A stretch of DNA of 62,542 nt, counting the filler, from Alphaproteobacteria bacterium (lineage in GTDB: Bacteria > Pseudomonadota > Alphaproteobacteria > Caedimonadales > UBA9215), in NCBI GenBank assembly GCA_024280495.1. It is 4 parts of 4 records of this genome, joined end to end, with 100 filler letters (N's around TTAATTAATTAA, not from the genome) between each part and the next. Parts side by side here need not be neighbours in the genome. Positions count along the whole stretch, not along the records: positions 1 to 25,045 come from JAJRPZ010000038.1; positions 25,146 to 52,872 come from JAJRPZ010000041.1; 2 more parts are not named here. One strand, given 5' to 3'. The notes beneath the pieces were generated by a model. The model saw only the letters and a program-made list of their open reading frames with translations. It made no database searches and was not told the DNA's origin. The first letter of the stretch is position 1, and each line of letters opens with the position of its first letter. Both the position numbers and the translations under genes were made by a program. This document shows positions 18,835-28,800 of this stretch, piece by piece.

Positions 18835-21039
18835 ATGAGTTATGAATTTTGGGGGCGCGATAAAGCTTTTTTACGTGCCTTTACAGATTTTTCTACCAAA
18901 AATCGCTTGGGTCGTAAATTTACATATTTTGTGATATTTTTGGCCTTTTGCTCTGCAGTAGCTACTTATTACACTTTTTCTATTTCTGGTTTTGAAAATT
19001 CTGATTCAACATCATTGATATTGATGCTAAATATTGACCTTATTGTATTCCTCGTTCTCGCCCTTATTATAGCAAGAAAAATAGCCAAGGTTTGGGCAGC
19101 GCGACGTTCTGGTCGTGTGGCGGCAAAGCTTCACACACGTTTTGTTGTTTTATCCAGTCTTTTGACTATTACTCCAGCCATTGTCATGACAATTTTTTCA
19201 GCCCTGATGTTTAATATGGGATTGCAAAAGTGGTTTAGTGACCGTATTTCAACGGCCCTTGAGGAATCCACTAAGGTTGCAGAGGCTTATCTTGATGAGC
19301 ACAAAAAGGTGATCGTAGCCAGTGTTTATAATATGGCACGTGATATTGCACAGGATTATGACAAACTTTCAAAAAATCCTTCAAAATTTAATAGAGTCCT
19401 AAATCGCCATGCTGAAACACGAAATCTGGATGAAGCCCTTGTTTTTAATTCAGTACCAGAGGTGATTGCCCGTACTAAACTCAGTTTTTCTTTAGAATTT
19501 GAAGTTTTAAGCTTGGGAGAGCTTGAACAAGCAGCCCATGGCGTTGTCATTAAAACAACAGATCGAGGGGATCGTGTTCGGGCATTGGTTAAAATATCTC
19601 CTGGCATTGAGGGGTACTTATTGGTGGGGCGCATCGTAGATCCTACGGTAACCAAACGTATCCTGGAAGTTAAAAATGCTGTGAGCAATTATCACCAATT
19701 GGAAAAAGAACAAGGGCGCGTACATCTGTATTTTATGTTGATGTTCATGGCCGTTGCGCTGATGCTGCTTTTAGCTGCTATTTGGGTGGCACTTATTTTT
19801 GCAGGACGTATTGCAAAACCTATCGGAGATCTGATTGATGCATCTGAACGCGTGCGTCTGGGGGATTTGAGCGTGCGTGTGACACCAAGTAGTGATGAAG
19901 ATGAAATTGCCTACTTGATGCGTTCTTATAATCGGATGACGGCACAGTTAGATGAGCAACAAAAAAACCTTGTCTCTGCCAATGATATGATTGATACGAG
20001 AAGACGCTTCATTGAAGAAGTTTTGGAGGGTGTTACTTCTGGTGTTTTGAGCTTGGACGGGCGTTTTGTTATTCAGGTTGCCAATAAAACCGCTGCTTTA
20101 ATGTTGTCTCCTAAAAATAAAGAGCTTGTTGGCCACAAAGTTGATACTGTTTTTCCAGAGGTTCTTGAAATGTTGGATGAAGTATTTCTTCAAAAAACAA
20201 TAAAACTTTCACGAACTCTTAAAATTCCAAGGGCAGGGACCTTACATGCATTGCGTGTTACCCTTGTTTCGATGACCGATGATAATAATAACCAAAATGG
20301 CTTTATTATTACATTTGATGAAATTACAGAATTGTTATCTGCTCAACGAAAAGCTGCTTGGGCTGATGTTGCTCGCCGTATTGCCCATGAAATAAGGAAC
20401 CCCTTAACGCCAATCCAACTTTCAGCAGAGCGACTTAATCGTAAATATCTAAAACAAATTACGAAAGATGCTGATAAATTTGAGAGCTGTGTGGAAACTA
20501 TTATTCGTCAAGTTGCAAATATCGGTGATATGGTGAAAGAATTTTCAAATTTTGCGCGCATGCCAGATCCAAAATTGAAATCTGAAAATCTTATTAAATT
20601 ATTACAACAAAATTTGGAACAAAGAATTGAACTGGCGCCTTACATCACCTTTAAATTTAAGTCCAATGGGGTGCGTGAATTGTTATTTAACTGTGATGGG
20701 GCACAAATTAGCCAGGTCCTAACAAATCTTTTACAAAATGCACAGGATGCTGTGGTAGAAAAATTTGGTAAAAAAAAAGGAGGGCATATTTGTTTGGGTT
20801 TTGAACAATCTGATATCTCTCATTTTTCCATTACCATTGAGGATAATGGCCCAGGTTTTCCAGAAAAAGAACGAGATCAGCTGACGGAGCCCTACATTAC
20901 TAAGAAACAGCATGGGACTGGTCTTGGTCTTGCCATTGTGAAAAAAATTGTAGAAGACCATGGGGGTGTGCTATTCTTGGAGGATTCTAAGATGGGTGGT
21001 GCTGCCATTCGCCTTAAATTCTATATGGAAAAAATATAG
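18835..21039 (+). CDS. ntrY: sensor histidine kinase NtrY
   Basis: TM helices, HAMP, PAS-like region, AAWADVARRIAHEIRNPLTPIQLSAERL H-box, GTGLGLAIV. Confidence 0.93.
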   Translation: MSYEFWGRDKAFLRAFTDFSTKNRLGRKFTYFVIFLAFCSAVATYYTFSISGFENSDSTSLILMLNIDLIVFLVLALIIARKIAKVWAARRSGRVAAKLHTRFVVLSSLLTITPAIVMTIFSALMFNMGLQKWFSDRISTALEESTKVAEAYLDEHKKVIVASVYNMARDIAQDYDKLSKNPSKFNRVLNRHAETRNLDEALVFNSVPEVIARTKLSFSLEFEVLSLGELEQAAHGVVIKTTDRGDRVRALVKISPGIEGYLLVGRIVDPTVTKRILEVKNAVSNYHQLEKEQGRVHLYFMLMFMAVALMLLLAAIWVALIFAGRIAKPIGDLIDASERVRLGDLSVRVTPSSDEDEIAYLMRSYNRMTAQLDEQQKNLVSANDMIDTRRRFIEEVLEGVTSGVLSLDGRFVIQVANKTAALMLSPKNKELVGHKVDTVFPEVLEMLDEVFLQKTIKLSRTLKIPRAGTLHALRVTLVSMTDDNNNQNGFIITFDEITELLSAQRKAAWADVARRIAHEIRNPLTPIQLSAERLNRKYLKQITKDADKFESCVETIIRQVANIGDMVKEFSNFARMPDPKLKSENLIKLLQQNLEQRIELAPYITFKFKSNGVRELLFNCDGAQISQVLTNLLQNAQDAVVEKFGKKKGGHICLGFEQSDISHFSITIEDNGPGFPEKERDQLTEPYITKKQHGTGLGLAIVKKIVEDHGGVLFLEDSKMGGAAIRLKFYMEKI

Positions 21040-21086
21040 GCGTTGGTCCGTCGCTCCTAAGCTAGAACTTTTTAAAAATCACTATA
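21033..21086 (+). repeat. family B right half, containing the ntrY stop codon
   Basis: TATAGGCGTTGGTCCGTCGCTCC...AATCACTATA. Confidence 0.75.
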
Positions 21087-21096
21087 GGTTGAAAAT

Positions 21097-22497
21097 ATGG
21101 CCCTTGATATTTTAATTGTCGATGATGAAAAAGATATTTGCATTCTTATTGCAGATATTCTTGGAGACGAAGGTTATACTTGCCGTACGGCTCATTCTGG
21201 CCAGGAGGCTTTGGATCAGATTAAAAAACGCTTACCTCATTTGATTTTACAAGATATTTGGCTTGGTGAGAGTTCTTTTGACGGCTTGCGGGTTCTTGAA
21301 ACTGTCAAGGAAGCTCATGCTCATATTCCCGTTGTGATGATGAGTGGTCACGGAACCATTGAGACAGCAGTGAGTGCCCTTAAAAAAGGTGCTTATGACT
21401 TTATGGAGAAACCTTTTAATTCATCACGGCTTATTGTCATCGTTGAGAAAGCCCTTGAAAACGCTAGGCTTCTTTTAGAAAATAAAGACCTTAAAAATAG
21501 TGGAATCCCTAAAGACGAAGCCATTGTTGGAAATTCTGATAAAGCCCAAGCCTTGCGAGATATCATTGAAAAAATTGCCCCAGCAAATAGTAGGGTTCTT
21601 TTAAAGGGAGAGCAGGGCGTTGGTAAGGAAGTTTTGGCACGCCTCATTCATAAAAAATCCTTGCGTCATGAGGCACCTTTTGTTGTTTTAAATTGCTCTG
21701 GCCTATCACCTGATGAGTTGAATACACAGTTGTTTGGCCATGAATCTGGTGATATTTTTAAGGCAGGTGTTTTTGAACAAGCCCATAAAGGGACCCTTTT
21801 ATTACATTCAGTGGATGAAATGCCCCTTGAAACCCAAGGGTTGATGGTTAAGGCTCTTCACGCTCAGAAATTTAAACGTATTGGCGGTGATGAAAACGTC
21901 GATATTGATGTTCGTGTCATTTCCTCGACGACCTATGATCTAAAAGCCTTGATAGCGCACAAAAGTTTTCGTGAAGATTTGTATTACCGCTTGAATGTTG
22001 TTTTTTTGAATGTGCCACCGTTGCGGGAGCGCCGTGACGATTTTGAGGATCTCTTTAATTATTTTGCTAATTTTTTTTCAAATGATGACATTAATAGGAC
22101 TTATGAGATTCAACCAGATGCCCTTGTGGCTTTTAAAAAACAGCCTTGGCCAGGTAATATGCGTCAATTCCGCAATATGGTCGAGTGGGTTTTACTTATG
22201 AAGAAAGAAGATGATGAGACAGTATCTATGATTTTTTTATCTGATCTCCCATCTGATATATTGGCAACAAAGGCTGCTAATGCCAATGTTGAAAAATCCA
22301 CAGGGGCTTCAGTGTTATTGCCCCTTGTTTCCATGCCCCTAAAACAAGCACGGGAAGCCTTTGAAAAAGACTATCTTCAGGCTCAGATAGAACGTTTTGA
22401 TGGAAGTGTTGCTAAGGTTTCAGCGTTCATTGGCATGGAACGTTCTGCACTTCACCGTAAATTAAAAAGTTTATCCATTGATAAAGAAGCATTGTAG
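21097..22497 (+). CDS. ntrX: response regulator NtrX
   Basis: MALDILIVDDE..I, DIWL, SGHGTIETAV, C-terminal FIGMERSALHRKLK; no GAFTGA. Confidence 0.93.
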   Translation: MALDILIVDDEKDICILIADILGDEGYTCRTAHSGQEALDQIKKRLPHLILQDIWLGESSFDGLRVLETVKEAHAHIPVVMMSGHGTIETAVSALKKGAYDFMEKPFNSSRLIVIVEKALENARLLLENKDLKNSGIPKDEAIVGNSDKAQALRDIIEKIAPANSRVLLKGEQGVGKEVLARLIHKKSLRHEAPFVVLNCSGLSPDELNTQLFGHESGDIFKAGVFEQAHKGTLLLHSVDEMPLETQGLMVKALHAQKFKRIGGDENVDIDVRVISSTTYDLKALIAHKSFREDLYYRLNVVFLNVPPLRERRDDFEDLFNYFANFFSNDDINRTYEIQPDALVAFKKQPWPGNMRQFRNMVEWVLLMKKEDDETVSMIFLSDLPSDILATKAANANVEKSTGASVLLPLVSMPLKQAREAFEKDYLQAQIERFDGSVAKVSAFIGMERSALHRKLKSLSIDKEAL

Positions 22498-22528
22498 GTA
22501 TTTTTACAGATACTAAAAAAATATTTTC

Positions 22529-22554
22529 TTAGTATCTTGTTAATATTTATTAAC
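22529..22554 (+). promoter_or_regulatory. overlapping CtrA-box-like sites upstream of ctrA
   Basis: TTAG-N7-TTAA overlapping TTAA-N6-TTAAC, about 50 bp before the ATG. Confidence 0.5.
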
Positions 22555-22603
22555 GTATGATAATATATTACATAAGAATAAAAAAACAAACGGGAATGAT
22601 CAT

Positions 22604-23395
22604 ATGCGCGTGCTTGTAATTGAAGACGACCAGGCCACGGCAAAAACACTTCAGCTTTCGTTAAAGTCAGAAGGTTTTGTTTGTGATACCACTGCTATCG
22701 GTGAAGATGGTCTTGAAATCGCACGTCATTATGAATATGATCTTATTATTCTTGACTTGATGCTTCCTGATATTGATGGTTATGAAATATTACGACGTTT
22801 GCGTGCAGTTCGTGTTGAGACGCCTGTTTTGATTCTTTCTGGTCTTGCTGATATTGATGATAAAATCAAGGGGCTTGGCTTTGGTGCCGATGACTATATC
22901 ACGAAACCTTTCAATAAAGAAGAAGTCGTGGCGCGGGTTCGTGCTATTATTAGACGTTCTCAGGGACATTCAAATTCTCTTATTACCGTTGGAAAATTAA
23001 AAATTGATCTTAATACGAAAACTGTTGAGGCAAATGGTAAAACCGTTCGTTTGACAGGGCGTGAATATGCGATTCTTGAACTTTTAGCCATTCGCAAGGG
23101 GGCGACCCTTTCTAAGGAAATATTTTTGAATCATCTTTATGGAGGTATGGAAGAGCCTGAATTTAAAATTATCGACGTTTTTGTTTGTAAGCTTCGTAAA
23201 AAATTATCTGATTATCTAGAGGGTAAAAACTACATTGAAACCGTTTGGGGTAGGGGGTATGTTCTTCGTGAGCCAAAGAATGAAGATGAATTTGGTAATC
23301 CCATAGTGGAATCAAAAATTAAATCCTCTAAAGAAGATTCTGCATCAACTGAAAGTGACTCAATAAAAGATACTCCTGAGTCGAAGGCAGTTTGA
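22604..23395 (+). CDS. ctrA: cell-cycle master regulator CtrA
   Basis: [67 protein letters not shown]. Confidence 0.96.
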   Translation: MRVLVIEDDQATAKTLQLSLKSEGFVCDTTAIGEDGLEIARHYEYDLIILDLMLPDIDGYEILRRLRAVRVETPVLILSGLADIDDKIKGLGFGADDYITKPFNKEEVVARVRAIIRRSQGHSNSLITVGKLKIDLNTKTVEANGKTVRLTGREYAILELLAIRKGATLSKEIFLNHLYGGMEEPEFKIIDVFVCKLRKKLSDYLEGKNYIETVWGRGYVLREPKNEDEFGNPIVESKIKSSKEDSASTESDSIKDTPESKAV

Positions 23396-23647
23396 ATTTT
23401 TTTATTTTGTTTTTCAAATTTTTTTTCTAGAAAATTACCCCTTTTGCAGAGGTTTCTATATCCGCTCAAATTAGTCTCATTTCAAAAAAATCACAGGCGC
23501 TATTAATCACTCTCTTTCTCCGAGAATAGGGATTTTTTTTGGATGACTATTTTTTTACCGAAGGTAATTATGAACTTCTCCCTTGATTTTCACCTTTCTT
23601 TTCACTATTATGACGTGTTCTTCTTAATTACAATATAGAGATAATAA

Positions 23648-24859
23648 ATGAAACCTCTTAAAGCCTTCTCTCTGCCTAAAAGCATTTGGGCTATTGGCTT
23701 AATGACTTTGTTGATGAATGTATCAACTGTCATTATTTTTAGCCTGTCTCCACTTTATTTGACGAAAGTCTTGGGGGTGAGTGTCCTTGGTATTGGTTTG
23801 CTTGAGGGGGTCGTTGAGTTTATTTCCTGGGTGACGCGTATATTTTCTGGGGTTATAAGTGACGCCATGCGTAAGCGTAAGCCATTGCTCGTGATAGCCG
23901 TTGGATTGACCTGTCTTGCACGCCCTCTTTTTGCTGTGGCTACAACTATTACAAGTGTTTTTATTTCAAGGGCAACAGATCGTATTGCCAATGGCCTTCA
24001 AGCCCCTCCTCGTGATGCTTTGATTGGAGACTCTGCCCCTAAAAATATGCAGGGATCTGCCTTTGGTCTGCGTCAAAGCTTGGGAATGTTAGGCTCGACG
24101 GCTGGTGCTATTTTAGCATTTTTATGGCTTCAAAATGGAGATGGTAACTTTACGGACATGTTTTGGTTTGCAGCTATTTCTCCGTTTATTGCTCTTTTAT
24201 TTATTATTTTTCTCGTGAAAGACAACACAACCGTTGCTCGCCATGAACAGGTCCTCGTGGAAAATAAGTCTTCTCCTAAAAAAGTTCAACGTCTTAATTT
24301 GCGTCATATTAAAACATTACCTCGTGAATACTGGCATTTGCTCGTGGTTGCCTTTATTTTTTGCATGGCAACATACAGTGGCGCCTTTATGATCTTACGG
24401 GGGGAAGAAGTAACGAAAATAACGGCCATTGGACCAGCAGTAATGATTGCTCAAAATACCATGGCCATGCTGGTAGCTTATCCTTTGGGGCGCTTGTTCG
24501 ATGTTTTTGATTATCGTTGGTTGCTGGCCCTTGGGTTTGCCGTTGTTATTTTTGCCAATACTATTTTTAGTTTTGCTGACTCTGTTACCTGGATTATTGT
24601 TGGTGCGGGATTTTGGGGCGTGCAAATGGGAATTAATCAAAGTCTTTTAACGGCTTCGGTTTCAGTAATTACCAGTGAATCCAATCGGGCAACGGCCTTT
24701 GGCGTTTATTACATTACGGCGGGGACGGCAATTCTTGTTGCCAATACGGTTGTTGGTCGTATTGCCGATGAATATGGATTGGAAAATTCCTTTTATTACA
24801 GTACAGTCATGGCAATTATTGCCATGGCATGCTTGCCATTTTTGCGTAAAAGGCATTAA
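23648..24859 (+). CDS. MFS transporter
   Basis: About 12 hydrophobic segments; SDAMRKRKPL motif A, APPRDALI. Confidence 0.9.
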   Translation: MKPLKAFSLPKSIWAIGLMTLLMNVSTVIIFSLSPLYLTKVLGVSVLGIGLLEGVVEFISWVTRIFSGVISDAMRKRKPLLVIAVGLTCLARPLFAVATTITSVFISRATDRIANGLQAPPRDALIGDSAPKNMQGSAFGLRQSLGMLGSTAGAILAFLWLQNGDGNFTDMFWFAAISPFIALLFIIFLVKDNTTVARHEQVLVENKSSPKKVQRLNLRHIKTLPREYWHLLVVAFIFCMATYSGAFMILRGEEVTKITAIGPAVMIAQNTMAMLVAYPLGRLFDVFDYRWLLALGFAVVIFANTIFSFADSVTWIIVGAGFWGVQMGINQSLLTASVSVITSESNRATAFGVYYITAGTAILVANTVVGRIADEYGLENSFYYSTVMAIIAMACLPFLRKRH

Positions 24860-25045
<186 letters not shown>

Positions 25046-25145
25046 NNNNNNNNNNNNNNNNNNNNNNNNNNNNNNNNNNNNNNNNNNNNTTAATTAATTA
25101 ANNNNNNNNNNNNNNNNNNNNNNNNNNNNNNNNNNNNNNNNNNNN
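25046..25145. other. artificial contig linker
   Basis: N44-TTAATTAATTAA-N44 (stops in all frames); genes truncated on both sides. Confidence 0.97.
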
Positions 25146-25349
25146 AATCTGGTGGGGACGACGCTTATGAAAATCTGCGAGGATTTCTGTGCTCTTATCC
25201 TTACTGCCATCATTGGTAAAAATAATTTCAGAAGGTTTGTCCATCTTATCCAAGACGGCTGTTAAGCGTTTGTACATGGTTTCAAGGCATTCCTGTTCAT
25301 TATATACAGGGATAACGACGGAGAGATAAATATCAGATTTTGATGACAT
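25146..25349 (-). CDS. arnC: GT2 undecaprenyl-phosphate Ara4FN transferase, N-terminal part (truncated)
   Basis: LSVVIPVYNE...IIFTNDGSKD; follows arnB. Confidence 0.75.
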
Positions 25350-26584
25350 TATTTATCCTTTTTAAATATTTTTTTAAGGGCGAAAATAACCCGATCTTGT
25401 TGTTCATAAGTCATATGAGGGAACAAAGGCAAGCTCATAATACCATCGGAAACCGTTTCTGCCCTTGGAAAATCACCGCGCTTAAAGCCATAGGTACTCT
25501 TATAGTAAGGAAAAAGATGAATGGCAGGAAAGTGTAATCCAGTTCCGATATTTTCTTCTTTTAAGGCTTGCATGAGAGTATCTCGATTAAGACCAGAAGC
25601 ACCTTCATTCACCAGGATGGCATAAATATGAAAAGGATTTTCATTATCATAAGGGGCGTTACCTGGACGTTCAAATTCAGACCATCCTTTAAATGCCTCA
25701 TGATAGCGAGCGGCAAGCTCTTGGCGTTTAGCGTTGTAATTATCTAGTTTTTTTAGTTGAGGAATGCCAATGGAAGCCTGTAAATCTGACATGTTATATT
25801 TATAGCCAGGGGCGATCACATTAAGCGCTTGGTTGCCTTTTTTGCCATAGCGATCCCAAGCATCTTTATCAATGCCGTGAAAACGCATAACGCGCATTTT
25901 TTTCGCTGTTTCTTCGTCATGAACGGCCAAGGCCCCACCTTCAGCCGTGGTCATATTTTTGCATGGGTGAAAACTATAAATTTGAATATCGCCAAAACTA
26001 CCAATTTTTTTATTTTTATAGCTGGTACCAATGGCATGTGCTGCATCTTCGATAATGCGTAAATTATATTTTTTGGCTAACTCATATAAAGGATCAAGGT
26101 CAACGCTGAGTCCTGTCATATGAACGGGCATAATGGCCTTGGTCTTTGGGGTGATGGCTTTTTCGATTTTCGAAATGTTCATATTATAAGTAGTCTCTTC
26201 AAGGTCCACAAAAACTGGTGTGGCCCCTGCATGAACAATACTGTTGACCGTTGAGACAAAAGTCAAAGGTGTCGTGATAACCTCGTCTCCCTCTCCAATA
26301 TCACAGGACAAAAGAGCAAGGTGCAAGCCTGATGTTGCTGAATTCACTGCAATCACATGAGGCGCACCCGTGTAATTTTTGAGGTCAGATTCAAATTGCT
26401 GCACACGAGGGCCCGTTGCAATCCACCCAGATTTCAAACAGGCCATGGCACTATCCAAGACATCTTGATCCAAGCAAGGTGTTGTGAACGGTAAAAAATC
26501 GTCAGGGCCAATTTCAGGTGTGACGAAATTAATATTTGCGGAAATGGGGGTTTCAGGTGCTTCGTGTGACAAGGATAACTCCAA
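25349..26584 (-). CDS. arnB: DegT/DnrJ-family UDP-4-amino-4-deoxy-L-arabinose aminotransferase
   Basis: FLPF, SGWIATGP, IIEDAAHAIG, SFHPCKNMTTAEGG, PGYKYNMSD, IGTGLHF. Confidence 0.82.
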   Translation of the reverse strand: MELSLSHEAPETPISANINFVTPEIGPDDFLPFTTPCLDQDVLDSAMACLKSGWIATGPRVQQFESDLKNYTGAPHVIAVNSATSGLHLALLSCDIGEGDEVITTPLTFVSTVNSIVHAGATPVFVDLEETTYNMNISKIEKAITPKTKAIMPVHMTGLSVDLDPLYELAKKYNLRIIEDAAHAIGTSYKNKKIGSFGDIQIYSFHPCKNMTTAEGGALAVHDEETAKKMRVMRFHGIDKDAWDRYGKKGNQALNVIAPGYKYNMSDLQASIGIPQLKKLDNYNAKRQELAARYHEAFKGWSEFERPGNAPYDNENPFHIYAILVNEGASGLNRDTLMQALKEENIGTGLHFPAIHLFPYYKSTYGFKRGDFPRAETVSDGIMSLPLFPHMTYEQQDRVIFALKKIFKKDK

Positions 26585-26948
26585 TCATAATAATAATTAT
26601 ACCTATAATACGTGTTGGGCTTAGGGTTTCTTGTAGATAACAATACCCCATAAAAGCTGTGAATATATACCCAAGAGATGTCATGGGGTAGGCAACGCTG
26701 ACATCAACCCTGGAGAGAGTTAAGAGCCAAGCTCCCAAGGAAAAAACATAAAGAGAAATGCCACCAAGAAGGAAGGAATTTTGAATGATTTTAAAGAAAA
26801 TAGGTACGACATTTCCAAAGGTAAAGTCAAAGTGCCCAATGGTGAGCATTCCTTTTTTTATGAGGATTTGCGCAGCCGTATTCAGACTCACGGCAAATAA
26901 AATCAACGCCAGGGAAATTGGCGCCATGGAAAAGAAACCAGAAATCAT
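26553..26948 (-). CDS. SMR/EamA-type undecaprenyl-P-Ara4N flippase subunit (ArnE/ArnF-like)
   Basis: 4 TM, AAQILIKKG, LSRVDVSVAYPMTSLGY; between arnT and arnB. Confidence 0.82.
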   Translation of the reverse strand: MISGFFSMAPISLALILFAVSLNTAAQILIKKGMLTIGHFDFTFGNVVPIFFKIIQNSFLLGGISLYVFSLGAWLLTLSRVDVSVAYPMTSLGYIFTAFMGYCYLQETLSPTRIIGIIIIMIGVILVTRST

Positions 26949-26985
26949 ATTTCAACCTTTTTGATAAAGTCGTGACGTCCATGGG

Positions 26986-28686
26986 TCAAAAATCAAAGAC
27001 CTTGTTCGTTAATATAATATCTTTATCAGATTGAGCAAAAAGATGCAAACCGTTCAAGGAAGGGTAATGTTTGTAAAGATCTTCAAGGGACCATTTTCGC
27101 AAGATTAAATAATAGATTTTTTTGCTTTTAAGGCGTTTTTCAAATTGAGCATCTGTGATCATCCATTCTGAAACATCTTCTACTGTGGTGCCAAAGTGCA
27201 ATTCATTAAATCCTTCAACAACTGTGATACGGCGTCCCGTATAGGGGGGGAGATCTTGATAATAGGTATGCCATGAAATAATGTCATCTTGGGCCTCGAG
27301 AATTTTATTTAATTTTTGCGTAAGGGGGAAAATAGACCTTCCCTCAATATGAACCCATGCTTTATTAAGGGGCAAAAACATGCCCGTAGCCGTACAAAAA
27401 ATTATGACCAAGACGGCCCGCATATTTCCTTTTTTCTGAAAAATAAAGGAAAGAATGATACCAGAAACAAGAGCAATGGTTGTTAGTGCTGCATAGGGCA
27501 TAATATTCATATTGAGGTGTTGTCCCCTAATATAAAGGGCCGTTGGGAGCGCAATGGCAAAAAGAAGAGAAAATAGCTGAAAGAGTCTTATGGGCCAAAC
27601 GTTGTTATTAACACAATTTTCCTCCCAGGTTTTCGTAACACTGCGACCAATAAGAATAGAAAGGGCTGGAAAAATGGGGACTATATAGGGAATGAGTTTT
27701 GAATTTGAGGCTGAAAAAAATATAAAAATGAAGGCGCTCCAAATCAAAAGGAAGGAAAGCGTATGGTGGCGATCAATGCCAGATCTAATAAGTTTAAAAG
27801 CTTGGCTGCATCCTCTATAAAAGTAAGAAATCCAGGGAAAAAAGCCAAAAATCACAACGGGAATAAACATCCAAAAAGGTTGAACGCGACTGTGAGCTGT
27901 GGTGAGGAACCTTAAAATTTGTTCATGGATGATATAAAAATCGAAAAATTCTGGATTACGCAAGTGTGCTAAAACATGCCACGGTAGAGTCAGAGCGAAA
28001 AAAAGAACAATTCCCACGGGATTAAAAGCAAGCTTGAGCGCCGCCCATTTCTTATGGGTGATCGCCCAAATTAAAATAATTGTACCAGGAAGTGCAATTC
28101 CTATGAGCCCCTTGGTTAACAAAGCACCAGCTGCGAAAATAAAAAAACCCATCAAAAGAATGTATTTTTTAACTTTTTGAGCTTCAAAAACAGCCCCATG
28201 GAAAGAAAATAATGAACATGCAATAAGGGCACTGACGGGCATATCCAGAATCAAAATGCGGCTATGGGCGTAATAAAGAAAGGTGGAAGATAGAACGACA
28301 GAGCTTGCAATACCCACATTTCGACCATAAAAACGCCTAGCATATAAAAACGTTGCAAGGCTACCAAGAAGGGCAAAAAAAGCAGGCCAAAATCGCAAGG
28401 CCCATTCATTAATGCCAAAGGCCTTAATAGAAGTTGTTGTGAGCCACATAACGAGAGGAGGTTTTTCAAAGTATTTCACACCATTTAAGCGTGGTGTAAC
28501 ATAGTCGTCAGTCACAATCATTTGCCGCGGGAGCTCTGTATAACGCCCTTCGTCTGGTACGGAGAGAGGGCGCGTCCCAAGAAAAAAACCAAAGAATAAA
28601 GACGTTAAAATCGTCAACCAAAATAGGTCTTTTACCAGTCGCAGCTTTGTATCTGATTTTTTTTCAAATTGTTTGGTTTGATGCAT
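26986..28686 (-). CDS. arnT: GT83 lipid A 4-amino-4-deoxy-L-arabinose transferase
   Basis: PDEGRY.E, PRLNGVKYFEKPPL, LTKG, SKLIPYI; multi-TM. Confidence 0.88.
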   Translation of the reverse strand: MHQTKQFEKKSDTKLRLVKDLFWLTILTSLFFGFFLGTRPLSVPDEGRYTELPRQMIVTDDYVTPRLNGVKYFEKPPLVMWLTTTSIKAFGINEWALRFWPAFFALLGSLATFLYARRFYGRNVGIASSVVLSSTFLYYAHSRILILDMPVSALIACSLFSFHGAVFEAQKVKKYILLMGFFIFAAGALLTKGLIGIALPGTIILIWAITHKKWAALKLAFNPVGIVLFFALTLPWHVLAHLRNPEFFDFYIIHEQILRFLTTAHSRVQPFWMFIPVVIFGFFPWISYFYRGCSQAFKLIRSGIDRHHTLSFLLIWSAFIFIFFSASNSKLIPYIVPIFPALSILIGRSVTKTWEENCVNNNVWPIRLFQLFSLLFAIALPTALYIRGQHLNMNIMPYAALTTIALVSGIILSFIFQKKGNMRAVLVIIFCTATGMFLPLNKAWVHIEGRSIFPLTQKLNKILEAQDDIISWHTYYQDLPPYTGRRITVVEGFNELHFGTTVEDVSEWMITDAQFEKRLKSKKIYYLILRKWSLEDLYKHYPSLNGLHLFAQSDKDIILTNKVFDF

Positions 28687-28800
28687 ATTAGAAAGCGTTA
28701 AATATTTTTTACTATTAAGAGCATTATTACCTAATAAGTCCAGTGGAAATCACTTTCAAGAGATTATAGTTGATTAGAAACAAAGCCGTGAATGACTATA

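Noticed and set aside
25090..25101. TTAATTAATTAA palindrome (also 52917-52928 and 58755-58766)
   Set aside because: Identical N-flanked scaffold linker; not biological. Gene adjacency across these gaps is not evidence.
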